Assembly (NCBI GenBank): GCA_963720545.1
Contig: OY970399.1
Coordinates: 704,001 to 768,000, forward strand
Source of the DNA: an uncultured Acidobacteriota bacterium
GTDB taxonomy: Bacteria > Acidobacteriota > Vicinamibacteria > Fen-336
Length of the DNA stretch: 64,000 nucleotides
Direction of reading: 5' to 3'
Part shown: piece after piece, positions 1 through 9,805 of the stretch
Numbering within the stretch: position 1 is the stretch's first letter
How the letters are laid out: each line of letters begins with the position of its first letter
Position numbers and translations under genes: made by a program
The notes under the pieces: generated by a model
What the model saw: the letters and a program-made list of their open reading frames with translations, nothing else
The model's database searches: none
Told to the model about the DNA's origin: nothing

Positions 1-491
1 AACCACGGTACGGGATCGGTATCGGCGGCCTGTCCGGACCTCTTGTGGACGGAGGTGCCTCGGCGATTCGTTCCTATGGCGACAAGGGCGACGTGTATTT
101 CAACGCCAAGTGGCAGGTAAACGCATCCGCGCTCTACCAGCTTCCGGCGGGCTTCGAGATCGCCGGCAACGTCTACGGACGTCAGGGTTACCCGTTCGTC
201 ACGATCCTTCGTATCCCTGCGCCTGGAGAAAGCGGTGCCTATCGCGCCCTCGCAACCGGCAAGGTAGACGACATCCGTCAAGACAACCTGTGGACGACCG
301 ACATTCGGCTAGCCAAGACCCTGAAGCTCGGACCCACAATCAACCTCGGCCTCACCGTCGATGTGTTCAACATCTTCAACGCGAACACTGTGCTGCAGCG
401 AACGCGTGATGCCGCATCGGACGACTACCGGACGATCCTCGAGGTGTTGAGCCCCCGGGTTGCCCGCATCGGAGTCCGGCTCGGGTTCTAG
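1..491 (+). CDS. TonB-dependent receptor, C-terminal part (5'-truncated by window)
   Basis: Beta-barrel-like tail DIRLAKT...VDVFNIFNANT...PRVARIGVRLGF ending in Phe. Confidence 0.8.
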   Translation, partial: PRYGIGIGGLSGPLVDGGASAIRSYGDKGDVYFNAKWQVNASALYQLPAGFEIAGNVYGRQGYPFVTILRIPAPGESGAYRALATGKVDDIRQDNLWTTDIRLAKTLKLGPTINLGLTVDVFNIFNANTVLQRTRDAASDDYRTILEVLSPRVARIGVRLGF

Positions 492-583
492 CAACGTTTC
501 GCTAGTCGCCTGACGGCGGGGTGGCGCGTCAAGCGCCACCCCTTTTTCTTTTGGCGGGGCACCTCGCCCGTAGAATCGTCGTC

Positions 584-2734
584 GTGAAGAAGAGCCAGCT
601 CGTCGCGGCCACGGTCGTCTTGGCCGCCATCGCCGTTGCCGCGTACGCCTGGCTGCGCTTGGCGCGGCCCGGGCCGCCCAACATCCTGCTCATCACCCTC
701 GACACCACGCGCGCCGACCGCATCGGCGCCTACGGCTATGCCGGCGCTCGCACTCCGGTGCTCGATGCGTTGGCCGCGCGCGGCGTGCGTTTTTCAATGG
801 CGGCCGCATCGGCACCGCTCACCGGCCCCTCGCACGCGACCATCCTCACCGGGCTCTATCCGCCGCAGCACGGCGTGCGCGACAACGTGGTGTTTCCGCT
901 CGCCGCAAGCCACCGCTCGCTTGCCACCATGCTGCGCGGCGCCGGCTACGAGACGGCGGCGTTCGTTGCCGCTTTTCCGGTGGCGAGCGCCTTCGGCTTC
1001 AGCGCCGGCTTCGACAAGTTCGACGAGTCGTTCCACGAATCGGCGGACGATTCACAGGCGGCGGAGCGGCCCGGCAACGAGGTGGCCGACGCCGCCATTG
1101 CCTGGCTCACTGGCCGCACCTCGAGCGCGCCGTTCTTCGTCTGGACTCACTTCTACGATGCGCACACGCCGTACGCGCCTCCGGCACCGTTCGCCGCCGA
1201 GTTCAAGGGCCGCGAGTACGACGGCGAGATCGCGTTTGCCGACCAGCAGGTGGGCCGTGTTCTCGACACGCTGGCGAAAGCCGGCCTGGCCGACAACACC
1301 GTCGTGGTGGTGGTCGCCGACCACGGCGAATCGCTGGGCGAGCACGGCGAATCGACACACGCCATCCTCATCTACGAAGCCACCATCCATGTGCCGCTGA
1401 TCATCGCCGGACCTGCGGTGCCGCGCGGGGAAACGGTCGCTTCGCGTGTCGGGACGGCCGACATCGTGCCGACGGTGCTGCGCCTCGCCGGCTTGCCGGT
1501 CCCAGACGGGCTGCCGGGGCGCGACCTGCGCGCGGCGTTCGGTCAGGGGCGGCTGCAGTCGCAGCCGATCTATTCGGAGAGCATCTTCGGCCGCCTCAAC
1601 TGCCGGTGGTCGGCGCTGCGGGCGTGGAGCGAGGGCGACTACAAGCTGATCCGCGGCAGCAGCGTCGAGCTCTTCGACATCGCGAACGATCCGGCGGAAG
1701 TGAAGGACCTCGCGGCGAGCGAGCCGCAGCGCGCGCAGCAGATGGGCGATGCCCTTGCGGCGGCGCTCGCAGGCATGGCCCCGGGCGGCGACGCGGCGCG
1801 CACCGTGACCGTCTCGCCGGAACAGGAGGAAAAGCTGCGCAGCCTCGGCTACATCGGCGGCGGCTCGGGCGGCGCCGGCGTTCTCGATGAACCAGGGCTT
1901 CCGGATCCCCGCACCCATGTGCAGCTGTACGAACGGATTCAGCAGCTCGCGAAGGCGTCGCGCGGTCCGCAGGCGCAGGTGGCGGTCGGGCAACTGGTCA
2001 CGCTGGCGGAGCAGGATCCGGGCAACCCGTACGCGCACTTCGCCGTCGGCAACGCCGCGTATCGCGTCGGGCTGCTGGCGCTGGCTGCAATCGCATACGA
2101 CAAGGGCCTCGCGCTCGATCCCGATCGCCCGGGCGTGCGGCTCCCCTACGGCCACCTGCTCCGCGACATGGGGCGCCTCGACGAATCCGAACAGCAGCTG
2201 CGCATCGCGGTGGAGCAGACCACGGACGACGACGACCGCACGCGCATCGCGCTCGCGCGCACGCTGATCGCGCAAAAGAAGCTCGCCGAAGCCGGCACCA
2301 TCATCGACGCCGTGTTCGCGCGCGCGCCGAACCATCGCGAAGCCGCGGCGGCGCGTGGCGAGTGGCTGGTGGCGAGCGGGCGCGATGCCGAAGCGATCGC
2401 CTTCCTCGAAAAGGGCGCCGCCGGCAGCGACGATCCCATCCTCGAGATCGCGCGCCTGCACCTGCAGGCCGGCGACAACGCCGCGGCGATCACCACCGCC
2501 GAGCGGGTGCTGGCGCGTTCGCCGGCGCATCCGTGGGCGCTGGCGCTGAAGGCGCACGCGCTCATCGCTTCGGGCCAGCGCGCCGCCGGCGTCGCCCTCC
2601 TCGAGAAGGCGCTCCTGGCGAGGCCGCGCCGGCCCGAGGCGTGGAACGCGCTGGCGGCGGCGTTCACCGCCGCCAACGACCCGCGGCGCGCCACGATGTG
2701 CCGCGCGGAAGCGGCGCGCGCGGGAGCTCTCTAG
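584..2734 (+). CDS. Sulfatase-like (alkaline phosphatase superfamily) hydrolase with C-terminal TPRs
   Basis: N-terminal TM, NILLITLDTTRAD, PLTGPSHATILTG, HFYDAH, VADHGE; TPR-like helices; GTG start at 584 inferred. Confidence 0.88.
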   Translation: MKKSQLVAATVVLAAIAVAAYAWLRLARPGPPNILLITLDTTRADRIGAYGYAGARTPVLDALAARGVRFSMAAASAPLTGPSHATILTGLYPPQHGVRDNVVFPLAASHRSLATMLRGAGYETAAFVAAFPVASAFGFSAGFDKFDESFHESADDSQAAERPGNEVADAAIAWLTGRTSSAPFFVWTHFYDAHTPYAPPAPFAAEFKGREYDGEIAFADQQVGRVLDTLAKAGLADNTVVVVVADHGESLGEHGESTHAILIYEATIHVPLIIAGPAVPRGETVASRVGTADIVPTVLRLAGLPVPDGLPGRDLRAAFGQGRLQSQPIYSESIFGRLNCRWSALRAWSEGDYKLIRGSSVELFDIANDPAEVKDLAASEPQRAQQMGDALAAALAGMAPGGDAARTVTVSPEQEEKLRSLGYIGGGSGGAGVLDEPGLPDPRTHVQLYERIQQLAKASRGPQAQVAVGQLVTLAEQDPGNPYAHFAVGNAAYRVGLLALAAIAYDKGLALDPDRPGVRLPYGHLLRDMGRLDESEQQLRIAVEQTTDDDDRTRIALARTLIAQKKLAEAGTIIDAVFARAPNHREAAAARGEWLVASGRDAEAIAFLEKGAAGSDDPILEIARLHLQAGDNAAAITTAERVLARSPAHPWALALKAHALIASGQRAAGVALLEKALLARPRRPEAWNALAAAFTAANDPRRATMCRAEAARAGAL

Positions 2735-2741
2735 CGCCGGC

Positions 2742-3836
2742 CTAGGGCGTGAGCCCGATCGGCGGCCGGCGCCAGAGTGACTTCACCGTGAAGGCGCGCG
2801 GTTCGCTTGGATAGCCGTCGAGGCCGCCGGCGCTGCAGGCGGTGACGCGCCAGTAGAAGGCGCCGACCGGCAGGCCTTCCGCGGTCCACTCGTTCTGCTT
2901 CAGCGCCGGGATGCGCGCCACGAGCCGGGAGCAGGCTGGGTCTTCGCACACCTCCATGACGTAGGTGCCGGCGCCGGCCACGGTGCGCCACACGAAGCGC
3001 GGGTTCGCGTAATCGAACGCGGCGCCGTGCGACGGGATCGCCACCTCCGGCGCCGGCAGGAGCGCCTGTGGCGGCGCCGGCTTCCGGTTCTTCACGACCG
3101 ACGTGCCCATTCCTTCCTGCACGGTGACCGAGCGGCCTCCCGAAGTCACTTCGCTTTGCCCCTTGAACACCATGAGCTGCGCGCGGCCGCCGGTTGGCTC
3201 GACGCGGGCCCGACTCCACCCGGTGCCGTCGGTGGCGCGGGTCGGGGCGACGTGCGCCGAACCCACCACCACTTCGATGTCCGAGCGCGCCGCGCCGGCA
3301 CCGGGGCGCGCGCTGCGCAGGCTCAGGTCGCCCTGCCCCTCGACGATCTCGATGCGGTTGCGGCTCACCCGCGCCACCGGCGCCGCGGCGTCGCGGACGA
3401 AGATCAGCGAGTCCTCGCCGACGGTGAGCTGCGAGCCGTCCTTGAACCCAAGCTGCGCGGACGAGGCGCGATAGGTGCGCAGTCCGTCGCGGCGGCCCAG
3501 CGGGTCGCCGACGTGGGCCGCCGCCCAGACCGGTGCCGTGTGCGGGCGCGAGTCGACGCGCCGGGCGATCTCGTCGATCGTGGCGATGCCGGTGTTCTTC
3601 GGGATGGTGATGGATTGTCCTGGAAAAACGCGGTGCGGATCCTTGATGAACGAGTTGACCTTCCAGATCTCGGTCCAGGCTGCCGCTGATCCGAGGTAGC
3701 GCTCGGCGAGACTCTCGAGAGTGTCGCCCTCCTTGACCACGTAGCTCTCACCGGCAGCTGCAGCGTTTGGTTCCTGAGCGCCGAATGCAATTCGCGCGCC
3801 GAGTAGCGTCGCCACAAGCAATCCGGCATGTTTCAT
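2742..3836 (-). CDS. Secreted LysM + FecR-like + C-terminal beta-sandwich protein
   Basis: Signal peptide MKHAGLLVATLL; LysM YVVKEGDTLESLAERYLG; FecR-like GDxLRT...AQLGFKDGSQLTVGEDS; FN3-like FYWRVTA. Confidence 0.8.
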   Translation of the reverse strand: MKHAGLLVATLLGARIAFGAQEPNAAAAGESYVVKEGDTLESLAERYLGSAAAWTEIWKVNSFIKDPHRVFPGQSITIPKNTGIATIDEIARRVDSRPHTAPVWAAAHVGDPLGRRDGLRTYRASSAQLGFKDGSQLTVGEDSLIFVRDAAAPVARVSRNRIEIVEGQGDLSLRSARPGAGAARSDIEVVVGSAHVAPTRATDGTGWSRARVEPTGGRAQLMVFKGQSEVTSGGRSVTVQEGMGTSVVKNRKPAPPQALLPAPEVAIPSHGAAFDYANPRFVWRTVAGAGTYVMEVCEDPACSRLVARIPALKQNEWTAEGLPVGAFYWRVTACSAGGLDGYPSEPRAFTVKSLWRRPPIGLTP

Positions 3837-3841
3837 TCCGT

Positions 3842-5794
3842 TCATTCTCCCGAGGGCTCCTGGCTGCGAACCGGTACTTCCATGCGAATGGTAGCCAGGT
3901 TCGCGCGATCCGCGCCCGGCCCGCTGGTTGGCAACGTGCTGGCCGTCCATTTCCAGCCATGCACGCGGATGAGGCGCTCGAGGAGCAGAGCCGCATCCAT
4001 CGCCGAGGGCACGCGGCGGCCGCGGTCCTTGTCCATCAGCTCCGCCACCAGCGCGTCGAGATCAAGCGGCACCAGGTGATTGCGGCGCGACGGCGGCGCC
4101 ACCTTGTCGTTGAGCGTGCTCATCAGGACGTCCTGCGACTCGCGGCCGGGGAACGGCATCTCACCGGTGAGGCACTGATAGAGGACCACGCCCACCGCGA
4201 ACACATCGCCGCGCTCGTCCTGCCCCTCGCCGCGGATCGTCTCGGGCGCGAGATACCCGGGTGTGCCGAACACCAGATCGTTGACCTTGCGCGCGGAGGT
4301 GCGCAGGCTGGCGATGCCGAAGTCGGTGACCTTGATGCAGCCGTCGCGGCCGAGCAGGACATTGCCGGGCTTCATGTCGCGGTGGATGACGCCGTGCTCG
4401 TGCGCGCCGTGCAGGCCGCGGGCCACTGCGGCCATGATCGGCACCGCGTGCTCGGGTGGCATCGTCGCGAGCGACGAGAGATGCTCGTCCAGGCTGCAGC
4501 CGTCGACGAACTCCATTGCCACGAAGGTGGCCTCGGGGATGTCCTCGACATCGTAGACGGCGACGATGTTCGGGTGGCTGAAGCGCGCCACCGTGACCGC
4601 CTCGTGCAGCAGGCTCGTCACCCGGTCGTTGCGATGCTTGTCGGCGTCGCCGATGCGGATGGTCTTGAGCGCCACCATGCGCTGTAACTTGGGGTCGTAG
4701 CCGCGGAACACGGTGCCCATGCCGCCGTTGCCGACGACGCCCATCACCTGGTACCGGCCGAGGAACACGTCGCCGATGGCTTCGCGGTCGAGCGTCTGGC
4801 GCTCGAGCGCCGCGAACGACGCCTTCAACTGCTCGATTTCATTGCCTTTCTCCGTGGAACGGCCGAGGCCGGCAAGGCGCCGCTGGCTCTTCGCCAGGTC
4901 GCGGATCGGGCGCACCACCGAACGGTAGGCGAAGGCAGACAGAATCACGGTGAGACCGAGCGCGACGGCGGCGGCGAGGAAGCCGTTGCGGCGCAAGTTG
5001 CGCTGCGTGGCTTCGGCGACCGCGCCCGGCTGCCTGGTCAGGACGAACCAGCGCGTGCCGGCAATCTGCGCCGAAGCGCCGAGCACGGCGCCGTCGTCCG
5101 TCGCAAAGCGGCGGGCGCCGCCCGCCCGGCCGCTGAGACCAGCCTGCACCAGGTCTGGCGGAAAGGACGAGAGCGACACCTTTGGGTCGGTGGCGAACAG
5201 GATGTCACGGTCCTGGCTCACCACCAGCACCGCGGCGTCGAGGCCGAGTTCGGGACTGTTCACCACGTCGCGCAGCTGCGCGCCGTTCACCACCAGGCGC
5301 AAGTGGCCGCCGTTTTCGGGCATCTCCGCCTTGATCCGCAGCCAGAACGCGTTGTTGACGTTCACCGGGACGATGTCGTCGTCCGATGGGTTGGCGAGCA
5401 CCGTTTCCACGATGGCCGCGTATTCCTTGCGCTGCACGCGGTAGTGCTCGCCGCCGTGCGCGCTCGTCGCCTGGACGCCCACCACCGCGGGCTGCGCCTG
5501 CAGATAGCTCGCGACGATTTCGCGCGCCATGGGCTGGTCGAGGCCGGCGTAGATGTCGGGATTCAGGGCCAGGGCGTGAGCCGATGCCTGGAGGCCATCG
5601 ACGAACGCCGCTATCCGCTCGCTGGTGGTGCGCGCGGTGACCGCGTGCGTCTTCAGCACCTGGGTGCTGAAGGCATCGCTGTTGAGCGCGAGGAGGTAAG
5701 GAACGATCGCGAGCGGGATGAAGCCTACCGCCGCGAGGCCGAGGATGACCCGGGCGAGGAGACCCAGCCGCGGCAATCGCAAGGGCAGCTTCAA
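3842..5794 (-). CDS. Membrane Ser/Thr protein kinase with periplasmic Cache-like sensor and HAMP-like linker
   Basis: Two TM helices around a ~240 aa periplasmic domain; GNGGMG, VALK, HRDMKPGN, DFG, GTPGYLAPE. Confidence 0.9.
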   Translation of the reverse strand: MKLPLRLPRLGLLARVILGLAAVGFIPLAIVPYLLALNSDAFSTQVLKTHAVTARTTSERIAAFVDGLQASAHALALNPDIYAGLDQPMAREIVASYLQAQPAVVGVQATSAHGGEHYRVQRKEYAAIVETVLANPSDDDIVPVNVNNAFWLRIKAEMPENGGHLRLVVNGAQLRDVVNSPELGLDAAVLVVSQDRDILFATDPKVSLSSFPPDLVQAGLSGRAGGARRFATDDGAVLGASAQIAGTRWFVLTRQPGAVAEATQRNLRRNGFLAAAVALGLTVILSAFAYRSVVRPIRDLAKSQRRLAGLGRSTEKGNEIEQLKASFAALERQTLDREAIGDVFLGRYQVMGVVGNGGMGTVFRGYDPKLQRMVALKTIRIGDADKHRNDRVTSLLHEAVTVARFSHPNIVAVYDVEDIPEATFVAMEFVDGCSLDEHLSSLATMPPEHAVPIMAAVARGLHGAHEHGVIHRDMKPGNVLLGRDGCIKVTDFGIASLRTSARKVNDLVFGTPGYLAPETIRGEGQDERGDVFAVGVVLYQCLTGEMPFPGRESQDVLMSTLNDKVAPPSRRNHLVPLDLDALVAELMDKDRGRRVPSAMDAALLLERLIRVHGWKWTASTLPTSGPGADRANLATIRMEVPVRSQEPSGE

Positions 5795-5855
5795 GGCGGC
5801 TCAGGGTAGCACTAAGCTTGCGGATCGAAAATGGCCGCGGCGGGTCCGCGCCCTT

Positions 5856-7277
5856 CTAGCCGGACGGCGTGCGCCGCGCGAGTTCGTCGATGCGGCGGAT
5901 GCCTTCGAAGAGGATGTGCTCGAAGCCGGCGAACACCGAGCGGGTCGGCGGGACGACGCCGTTGTCGAAGCGGAAGCGGCCGCTGTCCCAGGAGAGAAAC
6001 TCGTAGACAGCGTCGACGCCGCTCTCGCCACGCGAGGCGGCGTCGACGATCTCGCCCTTGTCGAAATGGATGCGCGCCTCGCCGTCGTCGCCGCGCACGT
6101 TGAGGACGCCGCTGAGCCGCGTCAGGTTGCACATCTGCAACAGGCCCGCGGGCCCGAGGATGGCCAGGCGGCCCTCGATGTTGCCCGAGCCGGAGGCGTC
6201 GTTGGCAAAGGTGGTATAGCGGCTCAGCATCATCACCACGCGGGTGATCACCTCGCGCGCCGGCGAGAGCTTGGAGAGGTAGTCGTCGGCGCCGGCGTCG
6301 AGGCCGCGGATGCGGGTGCGCACGTCGTCCCAGCCCGAGAGCAGCACCACCGGGATGGCGCTCAGCAGCGTGTGGCGGCGCAGCGCGTGGCACAGGTCGA
6401 AGCCGTCGAGCCGCGGCATGTCGACGTCGCTCAAGATCAGCCATGGCCGGCTCTCGATCGCCTGGTCGATGGCATCCTGGCCGTCGGCTGCCTCGTACAC
6501 CTCGAAGCCGGCATTGCGCAACAGGCTTGCCAGGTAGAAGCGGAAGGCGTTGTCGTCCTCGGCTATCAGCACCTTGCGGAACACCGGCGGGATGTCGCTC
6601 GCGTCCACCGGCTTCTCGAAGGTGCCGGAGAGGTCGGGCGCGGCCGGTTCCATGACCTGCGCGCGCAGCGGGTTCATCTCCTCGAACTTCGCCTCTGTGG
6701 GCCGCTCGATCGTCTGGCTCACGGTCTCGGGCGTCGTCCGGCCGGCGTTCACCAGCGTGCGCACCTCGCCGGTCTCGCCGCGCAGCGTTAGGAAGCCGGT
6801 GCGCACGTCGTCCCTGATGTTGCGCAGCAGCGACGCCGCCGCCTCGACGCCGCGCGCGCCGACGACGCCGGAACGCGTGGGCAGCTCGCGGAGGATGCGA
6901 TCGATTGCGTCGACGAGCACCCTGGCGCGCAGCGGCTTCTCGAGGTAGTCGACGACGCCGAAGCGGAAGGCGCGCACCTTGTGGGTTTCGTCGAGCGAGC
7001 CGGTTATGAAGATCACCGGCAGGTGCGCCGTCTGCGGATCGGCCTGCAGCTGCGCCAGCACCTCGAAGCCATCCATGGAAGGCATGGCGATGTCGCAGAG
7101 GATCAGGTCGGGCTGCGAAGCGAGCGCCATCTGCCGCGCCTGCGCCGGGTCGAGCGTGACGAGCACGTCGTAGCCGTGGCTCGAGAGCGACGCGCTCAGA
7201 GCGCGGCACAGCCGCTCGTCGTCGTCCACCACTTGAATCGTGGTCCTGGGCGCGGTGCCCGCGCTGTCACTGGTCAT
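5856..7277 (-). CDS. Response regulator with two REC domains and C-terminal DUF4388 (PATAN-like) domain
   Basis: REC1 VVDDD..LILCDIAMP..DYLEKP; REC2 IAEDD..LILSDVDMP..DDYLSK; GRL..LLQM..SGVLNV..IHFDKGEI..WDSGRFRF. Confidence 0.85.
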   Translation of the reverse strand: MTSDSAGTAPRTTIQVVDDDERLCRALSASLSSHGYDVLVTLDPAQARQMALASQPDLILCDIAMPSMDGFEVLAQLQADPQTAHLPVIFITGSLDETHKVRAFRFGVVDYLEKPLRARVLVDAIDRILRELPTRSGVVGARGVEAAASLLRNIRDDVRTGFLTLRGETGEVRTLVNAGRTTPETVSQTIERPTEAKFEEMNPLRAQVMEPAAPDLSGTFEKPVDASDIPPVFRKVLIAEDDNAFRFYLASLLRNAGFEVYEAADGQDAIDQAIESRPWLILSDVDMPRLDGFDLCHALRRHTLLSAIPVVLLSGWDDVRTRIRGLDAGADDYLSKLSPAREVITRVVMMLSRYTTFANDASGSGNIEGRLAILGPAGLLQMCNLTRLSGVLNVRGDDGEARIHFDKGEIVDAASRGESGVDAVYEFLSWDSGRFRFDNGVVPPTRSVFAGFEHILFEGIRRIDELARRTPSG

Positions 7278-7429
7278 AGCCACCGGCCAACCGCATTATG
7301 AGGGCTCCGGGACCGGGTGCAACCTGGGGGTGTGACGCAGGGCGTTTCTGCCACACTGCGTGCGCTGATCAAGGCGGCATGGTCGCGGTTCGTCGCGGTC
7401 AGCGGCGGCAGCAACAACACCGCGCGCGG

Positions 7430-8743
7430 CTAGCGCACGCGCGCGCCGCGCGCGTACACCTGCTCGATCGAGCGTGTGTTACGGATGTCGTGCAGCGGGT
7501 CCCTGGCGAGCACCACCAGGTCGGCGCGCTTCCCCGCCGCGACCGTCCCGAACTCGGCGCTCCGCTGCAATGCCGCGGCGGCGTTGCTGGTGGCGCAGCG
7601 GATCACCTCGGCGGGAGGGATAGAGGCGTCGGCCAGCAGCGCCATCTCGTCGTGCAGGCTCCACCCCGGCACGATCCACGGCGTCGGCGTGTCGGTGCCG
7701 GCCGTGAGGCGGATCCCCGCGGTGAACAGCCGCTGCGTCCAGCGCAGCAGCTTTGGCCAGGCGGCCTGCGCCTTCTTGTACTGGGCCGCCGTCCAGTCCG
7801 CCGTAAAACTGCCCTTCGGCCACCCCAGGCGATAGATGGTCGGTGCGCGGGCGATGTCCGGCCCCCTGGGCGCGGCATCGCCGAAGAACTTCGTCCACAT
7901 GGCGATGAGTGTGGGATCGACCGTAACGTCGTGCTCGTGTAGCGCGGCCAGCATCGCCCGCACTTCGGCGCCGCCGAGGTCTACGTTCTCGACCCACGCG
8001 ACACGCTCGAACATGCTGCCGCGATAAGAGGCGCGCATGGCGGCCGGCAGGTATTCGGCCGACCACGGCGCCGCATGCTCGAGCGTGTCTATGCCAAGCT
8101 CGGCCGCCTCGGTCCACGTGGTCCGCTGCAAGTGGCCGATGACCGGCAACTTTGCCTTGCGCGCCTCGTCAACCACGGCGCCGACGAGCGCCGGCGGCGT
8201 GCTGGAGTAGACCTTGACGGCGTCAACGCCAAGGGCCGCCTGCCAACGCACTTCACGGCGCGCTTCGTCTTCACTGTGCACCGGCAGGAACGGCTCGGGA
8301 TCGAAGTCGCTCGCGTTGATGATCCGCCCGGCTGTGAACAGCCGCGGGCCGCGGACCTCGCCGCGCGCGAGCGCCGCCCGCCAGGTGACGGCGGCCTCGG
8401 TCTCCGATCCCGGGTCGCGGATGGTCGTGACGCCGGCGTCGAGCAGCATGCCGAGCATCTCGACCACACCCTGCCGGTCCCAGCGCGGCCGGATGTTGCC
8501 CGCTTCGTCCCACGGATGGTTGAGGACGTGGACGTGCATGTCCACGAATCCCGGAGTGACGAACCGTCCGGCGAGCGGCACGACCTGCGCGCCGCCAGCC
8601 GGCAAGGAGCCGGTGCGTCCGACAGCAGCGATCCGCTCTCCTTCTATAAGGATGTCGCTGTGCGGCACCGCAGGGCTGCCGGTGCCGTCGATGACCGTGA
8701 CGTCCTGCAGGAGTACCGCAGCCAGGAACGTCGCGGTTAACAA
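7430..8743 (-). CDS. Amidohydrolase family protein
   Basis: PGFVDMHVH, GVTTIRD, AGTD, GKRADLVVL. Confidence 0.88.
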   Translation of the reverse strand: MLTATFLAAVLLQDVTVIDGTGSPAVPHSDILIEGERIAAVGRTGSLPAGGAQVVPLAGRFVTPGFVDMHVHVLNHPWDEAGNIRPRWDRQGVVEMLGMLLDAGVTTIRDPGSETEAAVTWRAALARGEVRGPRLFTAGRIINASDFDPEPFLPVHSEDEARREVRWQAALGVDAVKVYSSTPPALVGAVVDEARKAKLPVIGHLQRTTWTEAAELGIDTLEHAAPWSAEYLPAAMRASYRGSMFERVAWVENVDLGGAEVRAMLAALHEHDVTVDPTLIAMWTKFFGDAAPRGPDIARAPTIYRLGWPKGSFTADWTAAQYKKAQAAWPKLLRWTQRLFTAGIRLTAGTDTPTPWIVPGWSLHDEMALLADASIPPAEVIRCATSNAAAALQRSAEFGTVAAGKRADLVVLARDPLHDIRNTRSIEQVYARGARVR

Positions 8744-8756
8744 CGGGACTGCCTGC

Positions 8757-8909
8757 CTACAACCGTCCTGTAAGCAGCAGGACGATGAGTATCAAGAGCA
8801 CCAGGCCGGTAAGGCCGCTCGGCCCGTAACCCCAGCTGCGGCTATGCGGCCAGGCGGGCAGGACTCCCAGGAAGGCCAGCACGAGGATGACCACGAGGAT
8901 CGTCAGCAT
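8757..8909 (-). CDS. DUF3309-family small membrane protein (50 aa, below ORF-track cutoff)
   Basis: Manual translation MLTILVVILVLAFLGVLPAWPHSRSWGYGPSGLTGLVLLILIVLLLTGRL; AGGAG RBS; LPxWPHSRxWGYGPSG signature. Confidence 0.88.
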   Translation of the reverse strand: MLTILVVILVLAFLGVLPAWPHSRSWGYGPSGLTGLVLLILIVLLLTGRL

Positions 8910-8958
8910 GTTCGGCTCCTAACTTGAGTGTAGAGAGACTAGACCTAAACGCAGGCGC

Positions 8959-9552
8959 TTACAGCATCTCCGCGCGCGCGTTCTTCGCGCGTGCGGCGCC
9001 GATCGCCGTCTTCACTTCCTTCTCCTCCTCGGGTGGAGGCAGCACCGCGGGCATACCCAGCGACTTGATCCACAGCTCGCGGGTCCAGCCGGTGGTGTGG
9101 TACAGGTGCTCGTCTTCCTGCTCTTCCACTTCTTCGTGCGCCGCCTTCAGGGCCTTCCCTTCCTCGCCCGTGACCTTCTTGGCGCATTCGCCAATCAGCT
9201 CCCAGTTGAGGTGGTCCTTGGTCTCGGCTTCGACGACGCATTCGGCAGCGACGATCTGTGCCGCTTCGGGATTGCCGGCCGCGAGCGCCATCTCCATGGC
9301 TTTCACCAGCGAGCTGCCGATATGGCCCACGACCTTGCGGCCGGGAGTCTGCTTCGCCGGGTTCAGGCCGAAGGTCTCGAAGACGCCAAGCAGGATGCGC
9401 TCGTGGTTGCGCGTCTCGCCGAGGTACTTTTCCCACTCTTCCTTGAGCTCGTCGTTCTGTGCGCACTTCAGTGCTGTCTGATAGACCTTGATCCCGCCCT
9501 GCTCGGTCTCGAGCGCCTGGTAGAGCAACTCGTTCAATTGATCCTTGTTCAT
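8959..9552 (-). CDS. Ferritin-like (DUF892/YciF-related) stress protein
   Basis: LYQALETEQGG..ETRNHE..ETKDHLNW..EQEDEHLYHT di-metal type motifs; GAGGA RBS. Confidence 0.82.
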   Translation of the reverse strand: MNKDQLNELLYQALETEQGGIKVYQTALKCAQNDELKEEWEKYLGETRNHERILLGVFETFGLNPAKQTPGRKVVGHIGSSLVKAMEMALAAGNPEAAQIVAAECVVEAETKDHLNWELIGECAKKVTGEEGKALKAAHEEVEEQEDEHLYHTTGWTRELWIKSLGMPAVLPPPEEEKEVKTAIGAARAKNARAEML

Positions 9553-9615
9553 GAAGTCTTTTCCTCGCCCTTTGATGGCCCGCTGTATGGGGACCGATAG
9601 CTGGCGCTGTCCAGT

Positions 9616-9631
9616 TGCAAGCGATGTGCCG
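9616..9631 (-). promoter_or_regulatory. sigma54 -24/-12 promoter for the ferritin-like gene
   Basis: Minus strand CGGCACATCGCTTGCA (GG-N10-GC). Confidence 0.7.
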
Positions 9632-9689
9632 CTGACAATTCCGCTCTTCCAAGTAGCGTTTGACGCGAGAAGGCAAGGAAAACACCGAC

Positions 9690-9699
9690 TTTGTACAAA
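9690..9699. promoter_or_regulatory. Putative enhancer-binding-protein site shared by divergent sigma54 promoters
   Basis: Palindrome TTTGTACAAA, variant of the recurrent TTTGTAGAAA box. Confidence 0.55.
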
Positions 9700-9766
9700 C
9701 CGCCGCTGTTACAAGTCTCGAGCGTTGCGAATGCTGCGCCGGGTGAAGGGCCCGCCCCCAGCGCAA

Positions 9767-9782
9767 TGGCATTCGAGTTGCA
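9767..9782 (+). promoter_or_regulatory. sigma54 -24/-12 promoter for the SRPBCC/ADH operon
   Basis: TGGCATTCGAGTTGCA. Confidence 0.72.
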
Positions 9783-9805
9783 GGCTCGCAACCCGGGCAT
9801 CCGAC

